A DNA stretch of 64,000 nucleotides from an uncultured Ohtaekwangia sp. (lineage in GTDB: Bacteria > Bacteroidota > Bacteroidia > Cytophagales > Cyclobacteriaceae): NCBI GenBank assembly GCA_964510765.1, contig CAZECP010000011.1:2519-66518 (forward strand), written 5' to 3'. Positions 28,601 to 38,384 of this stretch are shown one piece after another (within the stretch, counting starts at the first letter, position 1; each line of letters opens with the position of its first letter). Made by a program: the position numbers and the translations under genes. Under the pieces are notes generated by a model. That model was not told the DNA's origin, searched no databases, and saw only the letters and a list, made by a program, of their open reading frames with translations.

Positions 28601-29872
28601 CTATTGCTTTCTTCTTTGAATCAACCCGTGAAGGACGACCATCAAAGGATTTTTGTAGGAGACTATAAAAACAAAGAAGGGCAGGAACCCGGTGCGGTAC
28701 CGCGATAACGTTCCGAAGTTGGGGGTGGAAAGGGCAAGAAAGATGCAAAGAATTGAAATGTAAGTGAGCGTGCCAAGAAACAGCACACGATTTTTTTTGT
28801 TAATCATTTTTTTAAAATAAATGAAATAGACAACTGTTAACATCAACAACATAAAGTTTTCGAGGGAAGCGAGCATGCTCAAAATGCTGACTGCCTCCCA
28901 CACAAACGGCCTGAATAGTCCTGAAAACAACGCAATGGGAGAATTAACAATTATACTGCCCCAATCGGGTGTTAGTTGATGAAAGTGTATTACTTTGTCA
29001 GGATCCGATACCGACATTAGCTGGCGATTGTTTTGAACTATAACTTGCAAAAAAATATCTGGAGAAAAATTCGGATGAATAAGTGGAGCAGCAACGGCTA
29101 CAACTATCAATGCTGAAAGTGTGATAAGAGCGATCGAAAGTTTGGAGTATCCTTTTCCGTGGAGATATAGAATTAAAAGCGTGGGGATGCCAACAACCAA
29201 CAATACTGCCAGCCAAAAATAACGGAGCTTTAATAGCAGAAAACCCGATATCGCGATCAACGGTACTTGCTCCCAACGGAAATTCCCGTTCATCCCAACC
29301 TGCATGAGGCAGGCAGCCAGGAAGAAAACTCCTGCGATGGCGAGGGTTTCCTTTTCAATGCCTGACCCCCAGAAAACAACTGAAGGAAAGAACAGAAAGG
29401 CAAAGGCAGATGCATAGCTTGCCTGTGGTTTCCATCCGCAAATTACTTTATGCAAGTTCCAGGCTGAAAAGAAAGAGATGATTGAAAGGTAAACTGCGCA
29501 CACCCAATAGTTATTATTTGTAAACAAACACAAAGCGCTTAGAATTTTTACAAAAAAAACCGATCGCCACTCTTCGTTTGAGATGGATACGTAGCCTGAG
29601 ATGGAGGCATCATCATCTGCAAGCGCTTTCAAATAGGTTGGTAAGTCTTTCTTCGCGAGGCTGGCAAGTGTTTCGGCATCGTGAAAGTAGGTCCAGGTAT
29701 CATCAAAATTGTAGTAGAACAGATATACAAGCCCTACTGCCATCGCGCATGATACATGGAAAACAAGCGCTAACCAGTAGGTGGTCGAATCGCGATTTGT
29801 CCATCTCTTTTTCCCTCGTTGAGCGAGGTACAGCAAAATGAGTGTATGCAGAAGAAGAAAGACGAAATTCAT
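28601..29872 (-). CDS. Polytopic membrane protein (10 or more TM helices), possibly a GT-C-like glycosyltransferase or polymerase
   Basis: The start at ATG 29872 forms an ATGA overlap with the stop of the DUF2851 gene. It is hydrophobic throughout. The functional assignment is a guess. Confidence 0.5.
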   Translation of the reverse strand: MNFVFLLLHTLILLYLAQRGKKRWTNRDSTTYWLALVFHVSCAMAVGLVYLFYYNFDDTWTYFHDAETLASLAKKDLPTYLKALADDDASISGYVSISNEEWRSVFFVKILSALCLFTNNNYWVCAVYLSIISFFSAWNLHKVICGWKPQASYASAFAFLFFPSVVFWGSGIEKETLAIAGVFFLAACLMQVGMNGNFRWEQVPLIAISGFLLLKLRYFWLAVLLVVGIPTLLILYLHGKGYSKLSIALITLSALIVVAVAAPLIHPNFSPDIFLQVIVQNNRQLMSVSDPDKVIHFHQLTPDWGSIIVNSPIALFSGLFRPFVWEAVSILSMLASLENFMLLMLTVVYFIYFKKMINKKNRVLFLGTLTYISILCIFLALSTPNFGTLSRYRTGFLPFFVFIVSYKNPLMVVLHGLIQRRKQ

Positions 29873-31149
29873 TGCATTGGTTTTAAAATAGAAATGCCAA
29901 TGTTGCAATTTAGACATTGACGCTTCTTGCAAAAATTATTGTACAATTCAATGCATGCCTGAGAATCGAAGGCGGTTTTTATTTTCACCCCTATTTTTTC
30001 CCATTGTCGTGTGATTTTATTTTGCTCGCCACCAATTTGGTTCAGAAAATCCAGCGCTTTTTCAATGTAAACTTGATCGTCCTTTGATCTTCCATAAGCG
30101 ACCCATAATGGAGCAACTGTGTTGATGATCAGATTTTCAACAGATGATTGACCGAGCTCAGCCACTTTCCCTTTGGCGGGTTTGCCAAATCGAAAATGCT
30201 TTTGCCAATAAGATGATTGTTGAGTAGAAAATATATTTGTCAGTGCCTTGGCATCTTTTATTTCGATTAGTTTTGAAAAAATATTTTGATGATGATGCAG
30301 GATGGAAGCAAATTGGGCAATCCGAATGGTTGGAAAATTAGCAGGGCGAAGCCGCAGGAATTTCCATTGAGCCGGACTCAGTTCACCGTCTTCCAATTTG
30401 AATTTTTTCCTCAGGAATTGGTATTCATCGTAAAGTGAAGTGATGTATTCATCTTTTGTTTTTGTAGTCAGCATTCCTGCGACTCCAAACAATATCGCTT
30501 CTTTGGCCAACAAACTTTTTTGCTTTTGTAAAATTTTGAATGAAATGGTCTTCGCCAATTCAAAAAACGGATCGCTATTTACTTTAAAGCCAAATGCTTT
30601 TGCTAACCATTGATAAGTAGTTTCTTCCCAATCGCCACGATTGTTTTTCAGTAAGCTGATTACTGATGAAGATTTGGTTTCTAATCGCTGCGTCAATGCT
30701 TTGTCCAACATTGATAGTTGAACGACTTGGTCAACGGAACGAATACTTTTTTCGCATGCGACATCAGAGGAACTGCGCACCAATTTTTTATAGGAGTGAA
30801 ACAACGATTCGTCAATTCTGTTTTTTAACTCTAAAGTTGGAAGGAGCGTTTTATCCTGGCGATAAACAGGTTTGTCATTCTCCCAGACTACATGAATAAC
30901 AACATTTTCGTAGGCCGGATCTTGCTCGTGCTTGTGATTATACCATTCTGAACCCCTCACATGAACCTCAACATTTCCAGCCCATTCTATTTTTCCGATT
31001 TTGATTTTTGATTGACTAAAATCAGGGCCGGCATTTGTATTGTAAATGCCTTGTTTCATAATTGCAACTTCTTCTCCTTCCGTTGTTTTCAAATCGGTTT
31101 TATTGAAATATTGAAACTGCCAGATATAATGAAGAAAGGATTCGTTCAT
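29869..31149 (-). CDS. DUF2851 family protein
   Basis: The N-terminus 'MNESFLHYIWQFQYFNK' is the hallmark of DUF2851. It has a C-terminal CxxC ('KRQCLNCNIG'). Confidence 0.75.
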   Translation of the reverse strand: MNESFLHYIWQFQYFNKTDLKTTEGEEVAIMKQGIYNTNAGPDFSQSKIKIGKIEWAGNVEVHVRGSEWYNHKHEQDPAYENVVIHVVWENDKPVYRQDKTLLPTLELKNRIDESLFHSYKKLVRSSSDVACEKSIRSVDQVVQLSMLDKALTQRLETKSSSVISLLKNNRGDWEETTYQWLAKAFGFKVNSDPFFELAKTISFKILQKQKSLLAKEAILFGVAGMLTTKTKDEYITSLYDEYQFLRKKFKLEDGELSPAQWKFLRLRPANFPTIRIAQFASILHHHQNIFSKLIEIKDAKALTNIFSTQQSSYWQKHFRFGKPAKGKVAELGQSSVENLIINTVAPLWVAYGRSKDDQVYIEKALDFLNQIGGEQNKITRQWEKIGVKIKTAFDSQACIELYNNFCKKRQCLNCNIGISILKPMQ

Positions 31150-31199
31150 AGTATTATTCCAATCGGAAATTTATTTTCTTTGAACCAAAAGCTAATTTA

Positions 31200-31541
31200 A
31201 TGATTGTTACCGTAACCTCTATTCGCTTGAAGAAGTGGTGGTACTTTTTCCGGCTCTCCTATTATGGATTGCAGATCACGCGTCAACTCCATAGGGAAAA
31301 GGGGTTTCTCATACTGAAGAACACAGGATTTGGAATGATGCACTATACGCTGTCTGCATGGGAAAATGAGGAAGATGTGGAGCGATTTTACAAACAAGGG
31401 GCGCACTTGCAGGCCATGAAACAGGCGAAGGCAATTGCCAGTGAAACAACAACGTTCACTTACCAGACCGATCGCTTTCCAGATTGGCAGGAGGCGAAAA
31501 AACTATTAAAAGAAAACGGTAGAGTGTTGAGGTGGAGTTAA
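31200..31541 (+). CDS. Small protein, possibly of the DUF3291 / ABM-like family
   Basis: 113 aa. 'YTLSAWENEEDVERFYKQGAHLQAM' resembles the dimeric alpha/beta-barrel (ABM-like) pattern. Confidence 0.45.
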   Translation: MIVTVTSIRLKKWWYFFRLSYYGLQITRQLHREKGFLILKNTGFGMMHYTLSAWENEEDVERFYKQGAHLQAMKQAKAIASETTTFTYQTDRFPDWQEAKKLLKENGRVLRWS

Positions 31542-31542
31542 A

Positions 31543-32361
31543 TTATTTTACATGTTCATGTAGCAACTGCGCCATCTCCTGCTGCACTTTCATGGCTTCT
31601 TTTCTTGCAGCTTCTGCGAAGTCTTCGTTCGCTGATGCATAAAGAATTGAGCGCGATGAATTAACGATTAAACCGCATTGTGCATTCAAACCTGCTTGAG
31701 ATACGGCAGCGAGATCACCGCCTTGTGCGCCAACACCTGGCACCAGAAGGAAATGATCGGGCGCAAGTGAACGAATATTTCTCACCTTGTCAGCTTTCGT
31801 AGCGCCAACCACATACATCATCTGATCAGCTGTAGCCCAATGCTGTGAAGTGTGAATTACTTCTTCATATACAAATCTGCCAAAACGAGTTTGCAGTAGC
31901 TGAATGTCATCGGCTCCCTTGTTGGAGGTGTGCACCAAAAGTATCACCCACTTGTTATGAAATTCTAAAAACGGCTTTACTGAATCTTCGCCCATGTAAG
32001 GAGCCACAGTAATCGCATCAAAATCCATATTGCCAAAAAATGCCTTCGCGTACAAAGTAGAAGTGTTGCCAATGTCACCACGTTTGGCGTCTGCAATGGT
32101 GAAGCAATCTTTCGGAATATAGTCGAGCGTTTTTTTCAGGCTGTCCCAACCTTTTGATCCGAGTGATTCATAAAAAGCAACATTCGGTTTGTAGGCAATC
32201 GCCAGGTCTTTGGTGGCGTCAATGATCTGTTTGTTGAATTCAAAAACGGGATCATCCGATTGCATGAGGTGCTTTGGAAGTTTTTCGATGTCGGTGTCAA
32301 GCCCTACACACAAATACGAATTCTTTTTTTTGACTTGCTGAAAAAGTTGCTCGCGGTTCAT
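31543..32361 (-). CDS. pyrF: Orotidine-5'-phosphate decarboxylase (type 2)
   Basis: 'YLCVGLDTD', 'ADAKRGDIGNT', 'TVAPYMGEDS' and 'VPGVGAQGG' are PyrF motifs. Confidence 0.9.
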   Translation of the reverse strand: MNREQLFQQVKKKNSYLCVGLDTDIEKLPKHLMQSDDPVFEFNKQIIDATKDLAIAYKPNVAFYESLGSKGWDSLKKTLDYIPKDCFTIADAKRGDIGNTSTLYAKAFFGNMDFDAITVAPYMGEDSVKPFLEFHNKWVILLVHTSNKGADDIQLLQTRFGRFVYEEVIHTSQHWATADQMMYVVGATKADKVRNIRSLAPDHFLLVPGVGAQGGDLAAVSQAGLNAQCGLIVNSSRSILYASANEDFAEAARKEAMKVQQEMAQLLHEHVK

Positions 32362-32374
32362 GCGGTAAAAATAA

Positions 32375-32402
32375 AAAAAGCCGCATTTAATAGCGGCTTT
32401 TT
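32375..32402 (-). terminator. Rho-independent terminator after lolA
   Basis: AAAAAGCCGC-atttaata-GCGGCTTTTT. On the minus strand the hairpin is followed by a T-run (tttttttattttt). It lies 20 nt downstream of the lolA stop. Confidence 0.65.
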
Positions 32403-32421
32403 CACGAGTTTAATGTTGTTC

Positions 32422-33063
32422 TCATCTGAGATCAATAACTTCCACACCTGGAAATTTTTTTGGATCAAACGTGAAGAACGAATCATCTACTTTGATATTG
32501 GGAGTAAACTTTGCGATGGTGTACTTGTAACGATTGCCACTGCGATCGAACATCGTGAAGCTCTGCACACTCTTATCTTTCTTGGCAATGAACATTTTTA
32601 CTTTGAAATACTGCGCATCTTTTTTTTCAGGAACCAGATCAATCTCATCGCATAACACACCTCCATCTGTCTTGTCTCCAAGAAGCAAATATTTGAAACC
32701 TTTTTTGTACATCTCGAAAATTTTGGCCGGATTCAAATCATCAGATTTCGGATCAAAATTATCGATGTTCACTTCTTTGTTCGAAGGAAGATAAGTCCAA
32801 ACAGTGGTGCCATTATTATAAACTTGTTGATCTTCCAATTCTAACCTGTACTTATCGCCTTTCACTGTAATTTTTCCTTTGAATTCATCTTTCACACCGG
32901 CAGATTCATTGATGAGTGATGAGGCAAGCTGAGCTTCAAATGAAGTGATGGCTTTGTATTTTTTGCTCATGGCTTCCAAAATTTCCAAAGCTTTTGGATC
33001 ATACTGAGCCTGTGCTAAGTGAACTGTAAAAATGGTAATAATTGCTACGACTAACTTTTTCAT
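32422..33063 (-). CDS. lolA: Outer-membrane lipoprotein carrier protein LolA-like
   Basis: 213 aa with a signal peptide. 'F.Q...S' architecture ('SFEAQLASSLINESAGVKDEFKGKITVKGDKYRLEL'). It sits in the canonical position immediately downstream of ftsK. Confidence 0.75.
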   Translation of the reverse strand: MKKLVVAIITIFTVHLAQAQYDPKALEILEAMSKKYKAITSFEAQLASSLINESAGVKDEFKGKITVKGDKYRLELEDQQVYNNGTTVWTYLPSNKEVNIDNFDPKSDDLNPAKIFEMYKKGFKYLLLGDKTDGGVLCDEIDLVPEKKDAQYFKVKMFIAKKDKSVQSFTMFDRSGNRYKYTIAKFTPNIKVDDSFFTFDPKKFPGVEVIDLR

Positions 33064-33072
33064 TATATAAAC

Positions 33073-35514
33073 TTAAGATTGGCTATGTTTTTCTTTCAGA
33101 GCACTCAATAATTGTTCCAAACTCATCGGGTCTTTGATAAGTACTTCCCTGGCCTTACTTCCTTCAAATGGGCCAACGATTCCGGCAGCTTCCAATTGAT
33201 CAATCAATCGGCCGGCCCGGTTATAACCTAATTTCAATTTGCGCTGAATCAGGGAAGTGCTTCCTTGCTGATGCTGTACAATGAGTTTTGCAGCCTCTTC
33301 AAACATGGAGTCGCGTTCTGACAAATCAACGGCTGCTGCACCGCCTTCATCTTCACCTTCAAATTCAGGAAGAAGATAAGCAGAATCATATCCTCGCTGT
33401 GAGCCAATAAAATCAACAATCTTGTCGAGCTCGGGTGTATCTACAAACGGACTTTGCAAACGAATGATTTCAGAACCAGCCGACAACAACATATCTCCTT
33501 GACCGACTAATTGATCAGCGCCACCCGTATCAAGAATTGTTCGGGAGTCAATTTTCGAAGTTACGCGGAATGACAAGCGAGCGGGAAAGTTTGCTTTGAT
33601 CACACCCGTGATTACGTTCACGGAAGGACGTTGAGTTGCTACTACCAAATGAATTCCTATAGCGCGAGCCAACTGGGCGAGACGAGCGATCGGAGTTTCA
33701 ACTTCCTTGCCAGCGGTCATCATCAAGTCGGCCAACTCGTCAATAACTAAAACAATGTACGGAAGAAATCGATGACCTTCTTTTGGATTAAGCTTGCGTG
33801 AAACAAATTTCGCGTTGTATTCTTTCAGGTTTTTCGCACCCGCATCCTTCAGCATCTCGTAGCGGTTCTCCATCTCGATACAAAGCGAATTCAAAGTATA
33901 AACTACCTTCTTCGTGTCGGTGATGATGGCTTCTTCACTGTTAGGAAGTTTGGCAAGATAGTGACGTTCGATTTTGCTGAACAAACTCATCTCCACTTTC
34001 TTCGGGTCAACCAATACAAACTTCAACTGACTTGGATGACGTTTATAAAGAAGTGAAGTCAGAATCACATTCAAACCAACTGACTTTCCCTGACCGGTCG
34101 CACCGGCAACAAGCAAATGCGGCATTTTCGTGAGATCAATTACCAGTAGTTCATTGGAAATTGTTTTGCCAACAGCAACAGGTAATTCTTTATCGCTCTT
34201 TGAGAATGCAGGTGAAGAAAGCACTGAGCGAATACTAACCATCTCGCGATTCTTGTTTGGCACTTCAATACCAATCGTTCCCTTGCCGGGAATCGGGGCG
34301 ATGATACGGATGCCCAATGCAGCAAGACTCAAGGCGATATCATCCTCCAGATTTTTGATGCGCGAAATTTTTATACCAGCATCAGGAACAATTTCATACA
34401 GAGTAACTGTGGGGCCAATGGTTGCTTTGATGCTGGTGATTCCGATTTTGAAATTAGTAAGTGTGGCAAGTATCTTGTCTTTGTTTGCATTCAACTCTTC
34501 TTGCGTCACTTGCACTTTGCTGGGTTCGTATTCATTCAGCAATTCAAGCGGAGGGAATTTATAACTACTCAGATCAAGCGTGGGGTCATAAACTCCTTTT
34601 TCTTCCACAAGTTTTTCTGCGAGAACTTCTGTGTCGGTTTTTGGTTCTTCGATTACAAAAGCTGGTTCTTCTTTTTTCACCGGCTTCTCAACTTCCAGTT
34701 TCAATTCCTGTTTGGGAGTTTCTTTCCTCACTTCATTCACCAGCACAATCGGTTCGCCTACTTCCGGTTTTTTAATCGGCCAGTTGTCGCGCTCATCGGT
34801 GTAGGTAGTTTCAGATTTTTCACTTGTAACGGGCGTTTCCGCCAACGCATCATTGCCCATCGGTTTTGGGTCTCTTGCTTGAAAAGCATTGATGGCGGTT
34901 ACATTGAAGAAATAAATAATGAAGATGAAAAGGGCGAGCACCAAAATCAGAAACGTTCCCCATCCAAACAGACTGTCTGAAATCCGTGCTAGTTCATAGC
35001 CCAACCCTCCGCTGATGAAGCCAAGTTCGGTAACGCCCGCCAGACTGTGGGTGATGTATCCCATCAAAAGGCTAAGCCACAGTCCCGCGAAGACGGAGAA
35101 AATAAAAAATGAAAAAATCGGAACGATATCTCTTTTGAAAGTCAATCGAAATCCTAAAAAGAAAAATAGTGGTGGAAGAAAGAATGCGGAGATTCCCATC
35201 CAACGAAAAATCATGAAGTGCGAAGTAATTGCTCCGTAAAGCCCGAGCCAGTTTTCTGCTTCTTTTCCAGAGTCTATAATATTGGTGCTCCATAGTGCTT
35301 CCACCACGCTTTGATCGGCTTTGCCCGTGAAGAGATATGAAATAAATGCAATGAATAAATAAATGCCCGTCATGATCAGTACAAAGCCCATGGCAAGGCT
35401 AAAGCGTGGATCTTTAAAAAATTCAAAAGAAAAGAAGGGCTTTGATTTGCCTTTTGGCTTTTTTTCTTTCTCCGGTTTTTTGAAGGTGTTTGACTTATAG
35501 GTGTTTTCGGCCAT
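33073..35514 (-). CDS. ftsK: DNA translocase FtsK
   Basis: 813 aa with N-terminal TM helices. 'MPHLLVAGATGQGKSVGLN' is Walker A, 'PYIVLVIDELADLMM' is Walker B, and the C-terminus is a gamma wHTH ('STSLIQRKLKLGYNRAGRLIDQLE'). Confidence 0.95.
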   Translation of the reverse strand: MAENTYKSNTFKKPEKEKKPKGKSKPFFSFEFFKDPRFSLAMGFVLIMTGIYLFIAFISYLFTGKADQSVVEALWSTNIIDSGKEAENWLGLYGAITSHFMIFRWMGISAFFLPPLFFFLGFRLTFKRDIVPIFSFFIFSVFAGLWLSLLMGYITHSLAGVTELGFISGGLGYELARISDSLFGWGTFLILVLALFIFIIYFFNVTAINAFQARDPKPMGNDALAETPVTSEKSETTYTDERDNWPIKKPEVGEPIVLVNEVRKETPKQELKLEVEKPVKKEEPAFVIEEPKTDTEVLAEKLVEEKGVYDPTLDLSSYKFPPLELLNEYEPSKVQVTQEELNANKDKILATLTNFKIGITSIKATIGPTVTLYEIVPDAGIKISRIKNLEDDIALSLAALGIRIIAPIPGKGTIGIEVPNKNREMVSIRSVLSSPAFSKSDKELPVAVGKTISNELLVIDLTKMPHLLVAGATGQGKSVGLNVILTSLLYKRHPSQLKFVLVDPKKVEMSLFSKIERHYLAKLPNSEEAIITDTKKVVYTLNSLCIEMENRYEMLKDAGAKNLKEYNAKFVSRKLNPKEGHRFLPYIVLVIDELADLMMTAGKEVETPIARLAQLARAIGIHLVVATQRPSVNVITGVIKANFPARLSFRVTSKIDSRTILDTGGADQLVGQGDMLLSAGSEIIRLQSPFVDTPELDKIVDFIGSQRGYDSAYLLPEFEGEDEGGAAAVDLSERDSMFEEAAKLIVQHQQGSTSLIQRKLKLGYNRAGRLIDQLEAAGIVGPFEGSKAREVLIKDPMSLEQLLSALKEKHSQS

Positions 35515-35555
35515 TGAAGCTTAAAAAGTAGAGCAAAACTACGCAATTAATTATA

Positions 35556-37607
35556 TTGCTGAAACGCATCTGCGCTATAACTGAAAAATTGGTGAAGACA
35601 AATTTCTTTTTTACCTGGACGCTTCTTCTTTTGCCTGTTTTTAGTCAAGCTCAAAAAGAAAATGAACAGGACCTTGCCGTGTTCAACCGTCATTCAAATG
35701 ATACTGCTTTTATTCATGCGGCCATTGCATTGGCAAAAGCGAATGTAAATAACAGCAGTAATGTGGCCGTGCATTATGCGAAGGAAGCCGTGGCTGTTTC
35801 TAAAAAATTGAATTATGAACAGGGAATCGTAAAGGGTTTGCTGGTGTGGGGTTCGGTGCTGTACCAGCAAAGTAAATTTGATTCAGCGCTGATCATTAAT
35901 AAATATGCATTCACGGTTTCAAGTAAATCTAAGTCACCTTTCGGAATAAGTGATATCATGCAAGGTTTGGCGCTCAACTTCATGCGAAAAAAAATTCTTG
36001 ACTCGGCAATATATTATGCTGATGAAGCGATGAAGTTTTCGATAAGTAAAAAAGATTTTTCATCTCAGGCGAACACACTCAATATTATTGGAAACATTTA
36101 CCTCGAATCAAACGATCGCCCAAAAGCTCTGGAAGAGTTTATCAAGTCGGCAAAAATTTATGACAGCCTTTTGCATGACAATGCCAGGCTTGGTCATGAG
36201 TTGGCCAACATTGGAAATATCGAATACCTTTTGGGCGATTATAAAAAAGCTTTGGAATATGTAGCGCGAAGCAAAAGTGTATTGGCCAATGTGGATGACA
36301 AAAACCTGGTGGCGTATAATTATCAACTGGGCGGACGTATTTACCGAAAGCAAAATCTTCCCGACAAGGCATTGGCCGAATATGAAAAAGCGTTGAAGCA
36401 ATACGAGTTGTTGGGTGACAAGCGCAGTGCATGCGAAACACTGATCAGTATTGGAAATGTGAAATATGATCAGCAAAAATTTTTACTCGCGATGCCGTAC
36501 TATCAAAAAGCATTGACGATGGCGCGCAGCATTCCAAGTGCCGGTTTGGTAGCACACTGTTTTTCTACGATGGGTTTTGCATTTTATTCGATGAAAGAAT
36601 ACAAAACGGCAATTACATATTTGGATTCTTCGCGTGCATGGGCACAGAAGGCAAACAATCCCTATTTGCGACTGGATGCATATCAGGTGATGTCGGAGAT
36701 TCACAAAGAACTTGGTGACTACAAGCAAGCACTGGAAAATTTTGAGGCTTACACGTTGTTAAATGACAGTCTCAATCAGGAGCAAACGAAACGTGCTGCG
36801 GATGAGCTTGAGGCAAAATATCAAAACAGCGAGAAGCAGGCCCAGATTCGCTTGCTTCAAAAAGATCAGTTGGTGCAAGAGACCGAATTAAAAGAACAGA
36901 GAAGTATTGAAATCGGAATTGCTGCTGTTTTGTTTTTGGTGATTGTATTTTCTGTGATCGTAATCAACCGGAATAAAATCATCAATCAAACGAAACGGCA
37001 AATTGAAATTGAGCGGATGCGAAATACGATTGCCCGCGATTTGCATGATGAAATCGGATCGGCTTTGTCGAGCATCAGCATCATGAGCAAACTGGCAGGA
37101 ACTTCTGAAGAAGAAACAAAAACGTATCTGCAAAGGATTGGAGAGAAATCTACGAAAGTGATGGAGGACATGTCGGATATTGTGTGGTCAATTCATCCCG
37201 GCAACGACAAAGCAGAAATGCTGGTGAGTAAGATCAAAGAGTTTGCGGGAGATGTACTTGAGCCTCAAAATATTTCTTGCGCAATTTCAGGTGAAGAAGA
37301 TTTGATTGGAGTTGCATTCGACATCGATCAACGAAAAAACCTTTTTCTCATTTTTAAAGAAGCGATTAACAACGCGGCCAAATACAGCAAGGCAACTCAG
37401 GTTGATTTTGAAATTATGAAGAGCGGAAATAAATTAACTCTGGCGATAAAAGATAATGGCGTTGGGTTTGAAATTGAAAATACAAATGCCGGCAATGGCC
37501 TTGTCAATATGAAAGAGAGAGCGAAGATCATCAAGGCAACGTGCTCGATCGAAAGTAAAAAGGGAATCGGAACCAAAATAGAAATCAGGTTGCCATTACA
37601 TGATTAG
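35556..37607 (+). CDS. TPR-repeat sensor histidine kinase (HisKA_3 / NarL-partner type)
   Basis: Signal peptide, an extracytoplasmic TPR array, one TM helix ('IGIAAVLFLVIVFSVIVI'), the H-box 'ARDLHDEIGSALSSI', and a HATPase_c domain (N, G boxes). The start is uncertain: TTG 35556 or GTG 35592. Confidence 0.85.
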   Translation: MLKRICAITEKLVKTNFFFTWTLLLLPVFSQAQKENEQDLAVFNRHSNDTAFIHAAIALAKANVNNSSNVAVHYAKEAVAVSKKLNYEQGIVKGLLVWGSVLYQQSKFDSALIINKYAFTVSSKSKSPFGISDIMQGLALNFMRKKILDSAIYYADEAMKFSISKKDFSSQANTLNIIGNIYLESNDRPKALEEFIKSAKIYDSLLHDNARLGHELANIGNIEYLLGDYKKALEYVARSKSVLANVDDKNLVAYNYQLGGRIYRKQNLPDKALAEYEKALKQYELLGDKRSACETLISIGNVKYDQQKFLLAMPYYQKALTMARSIPSAGLVAHCFSTMGFAFYSMKEYKTAITYLDSSRAWAQKANNPYLRLDAYQVMSEIHKELGDYKQALENFEAYTLLNDSLNQEQTKRAADELEAKYQNSEKQAQIRLLQKDQLVQETELKEQRSIEIGIAAVLFLVIVFSVIVINRNKIINQTKRQIEIERMRNTIARDLHDEIGSALSSISIMSKLAGTSEEETKTYLQRIGEKSTKVMEDMSDIVWSIHPGNDKAEMLVSKIKEFAGDVLEPQNISCAISGEEDLIGVAFDIDQRKNLFLIFKEAINNAAKYSKATQVDFEIMKSGNKLTLAIKDNGVGFEIENTNAGNGLVNMKERAKIIKATCSIESKKGIGTKIEIRLPLHD

Positions 37608-37655
37608 GGCATTCAAACGACATCAACAATTTTCATCTTTGTAAATATTTTAGAC

Positions 37656-38285
37656 ATGCCGCATTCCATTTTGATTTATGAAGATGATCCATCGCTGCGG
37701 CAGAACCTGAGCAGCCTGGTAAAGATCAACCCTGATTGGATGTTGGCGGGCGCTTTTGAAAATGCTTCTGAGGTTGAGACACATCTTTCATATTTACATC
37801 CCGATATTATTTTGATGGACATTGATATGCCGATGATTTCCGGAATTGATGCGGTGCGGAAGATTCGCACACTGGGTTCAAATGTTCATGTGATCATGCT
37901 AACTGTTTTTGAAGATGATCAGCACGTTTTGGATGCAATATTTGCCGGTGCTTCCGGCTATCTTTTAAAGAAACACATCTCTACGCGGCTCAACGATGCA
38001 GTGCATGAAGTTTTGAATGGAGGCGCACCCATGTCGCCAACCATAGCACGGATGGTAATCAGTTCGATGCAAGCACCTACAGCAAAAAACCCATATCAAC
38101 TTACACCACGCGAACAGGAAGTACTCAACTTACTTTCAAAAGGCAACAGTTACAAAATGATTGCAGCCCAAACCGGAGTAGTAATTGACACGGTGCGAGC
38201 CCACATTAAAAGGATTTACGAAAAACTTCAGGTGCATTCTCAGACTGAAGCGGTGGCAAAAGCTATTCATGAAAAATTAGTTTAG
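37656..38285 (+). CDS. NarL/LuxR-family response regulator
   Basis: Receiver domain ('ILIYEDD', 'DIILMDIDMP') plus a C-terminal LuxR HTH ('LTPREQEVLNLLSKGNSYKMIA'). Confidence 0.9.
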   Translation: MPHSILIYEDDPSLRQNLSSLVKINPDWMLAGAFENASEVETHLSYLHPDIILMDIDMPMISGIDAVRKIRTLGSNVHVIMLTVFEDDQHVLDAIFAGASGYLLKKHISTRLNDAVHEVLNGGAPMSPTIARMVISSMQAPTAKNPYQLTPREQEVLNLLSKGNSYKMIAAQTGVVIDTVRAHIKRIYEKLQVHSQTEAVAKAIHEKLV

Positions 38286-38384
38286 CCAAAGCGAATCGCT
38301 TTCAATTTTGAACCACTACATCATCATGTAATACCGGGGCGAAATTCTTTCGACCATCTTTGGTGAACAAACTAAAGCGCCAAA

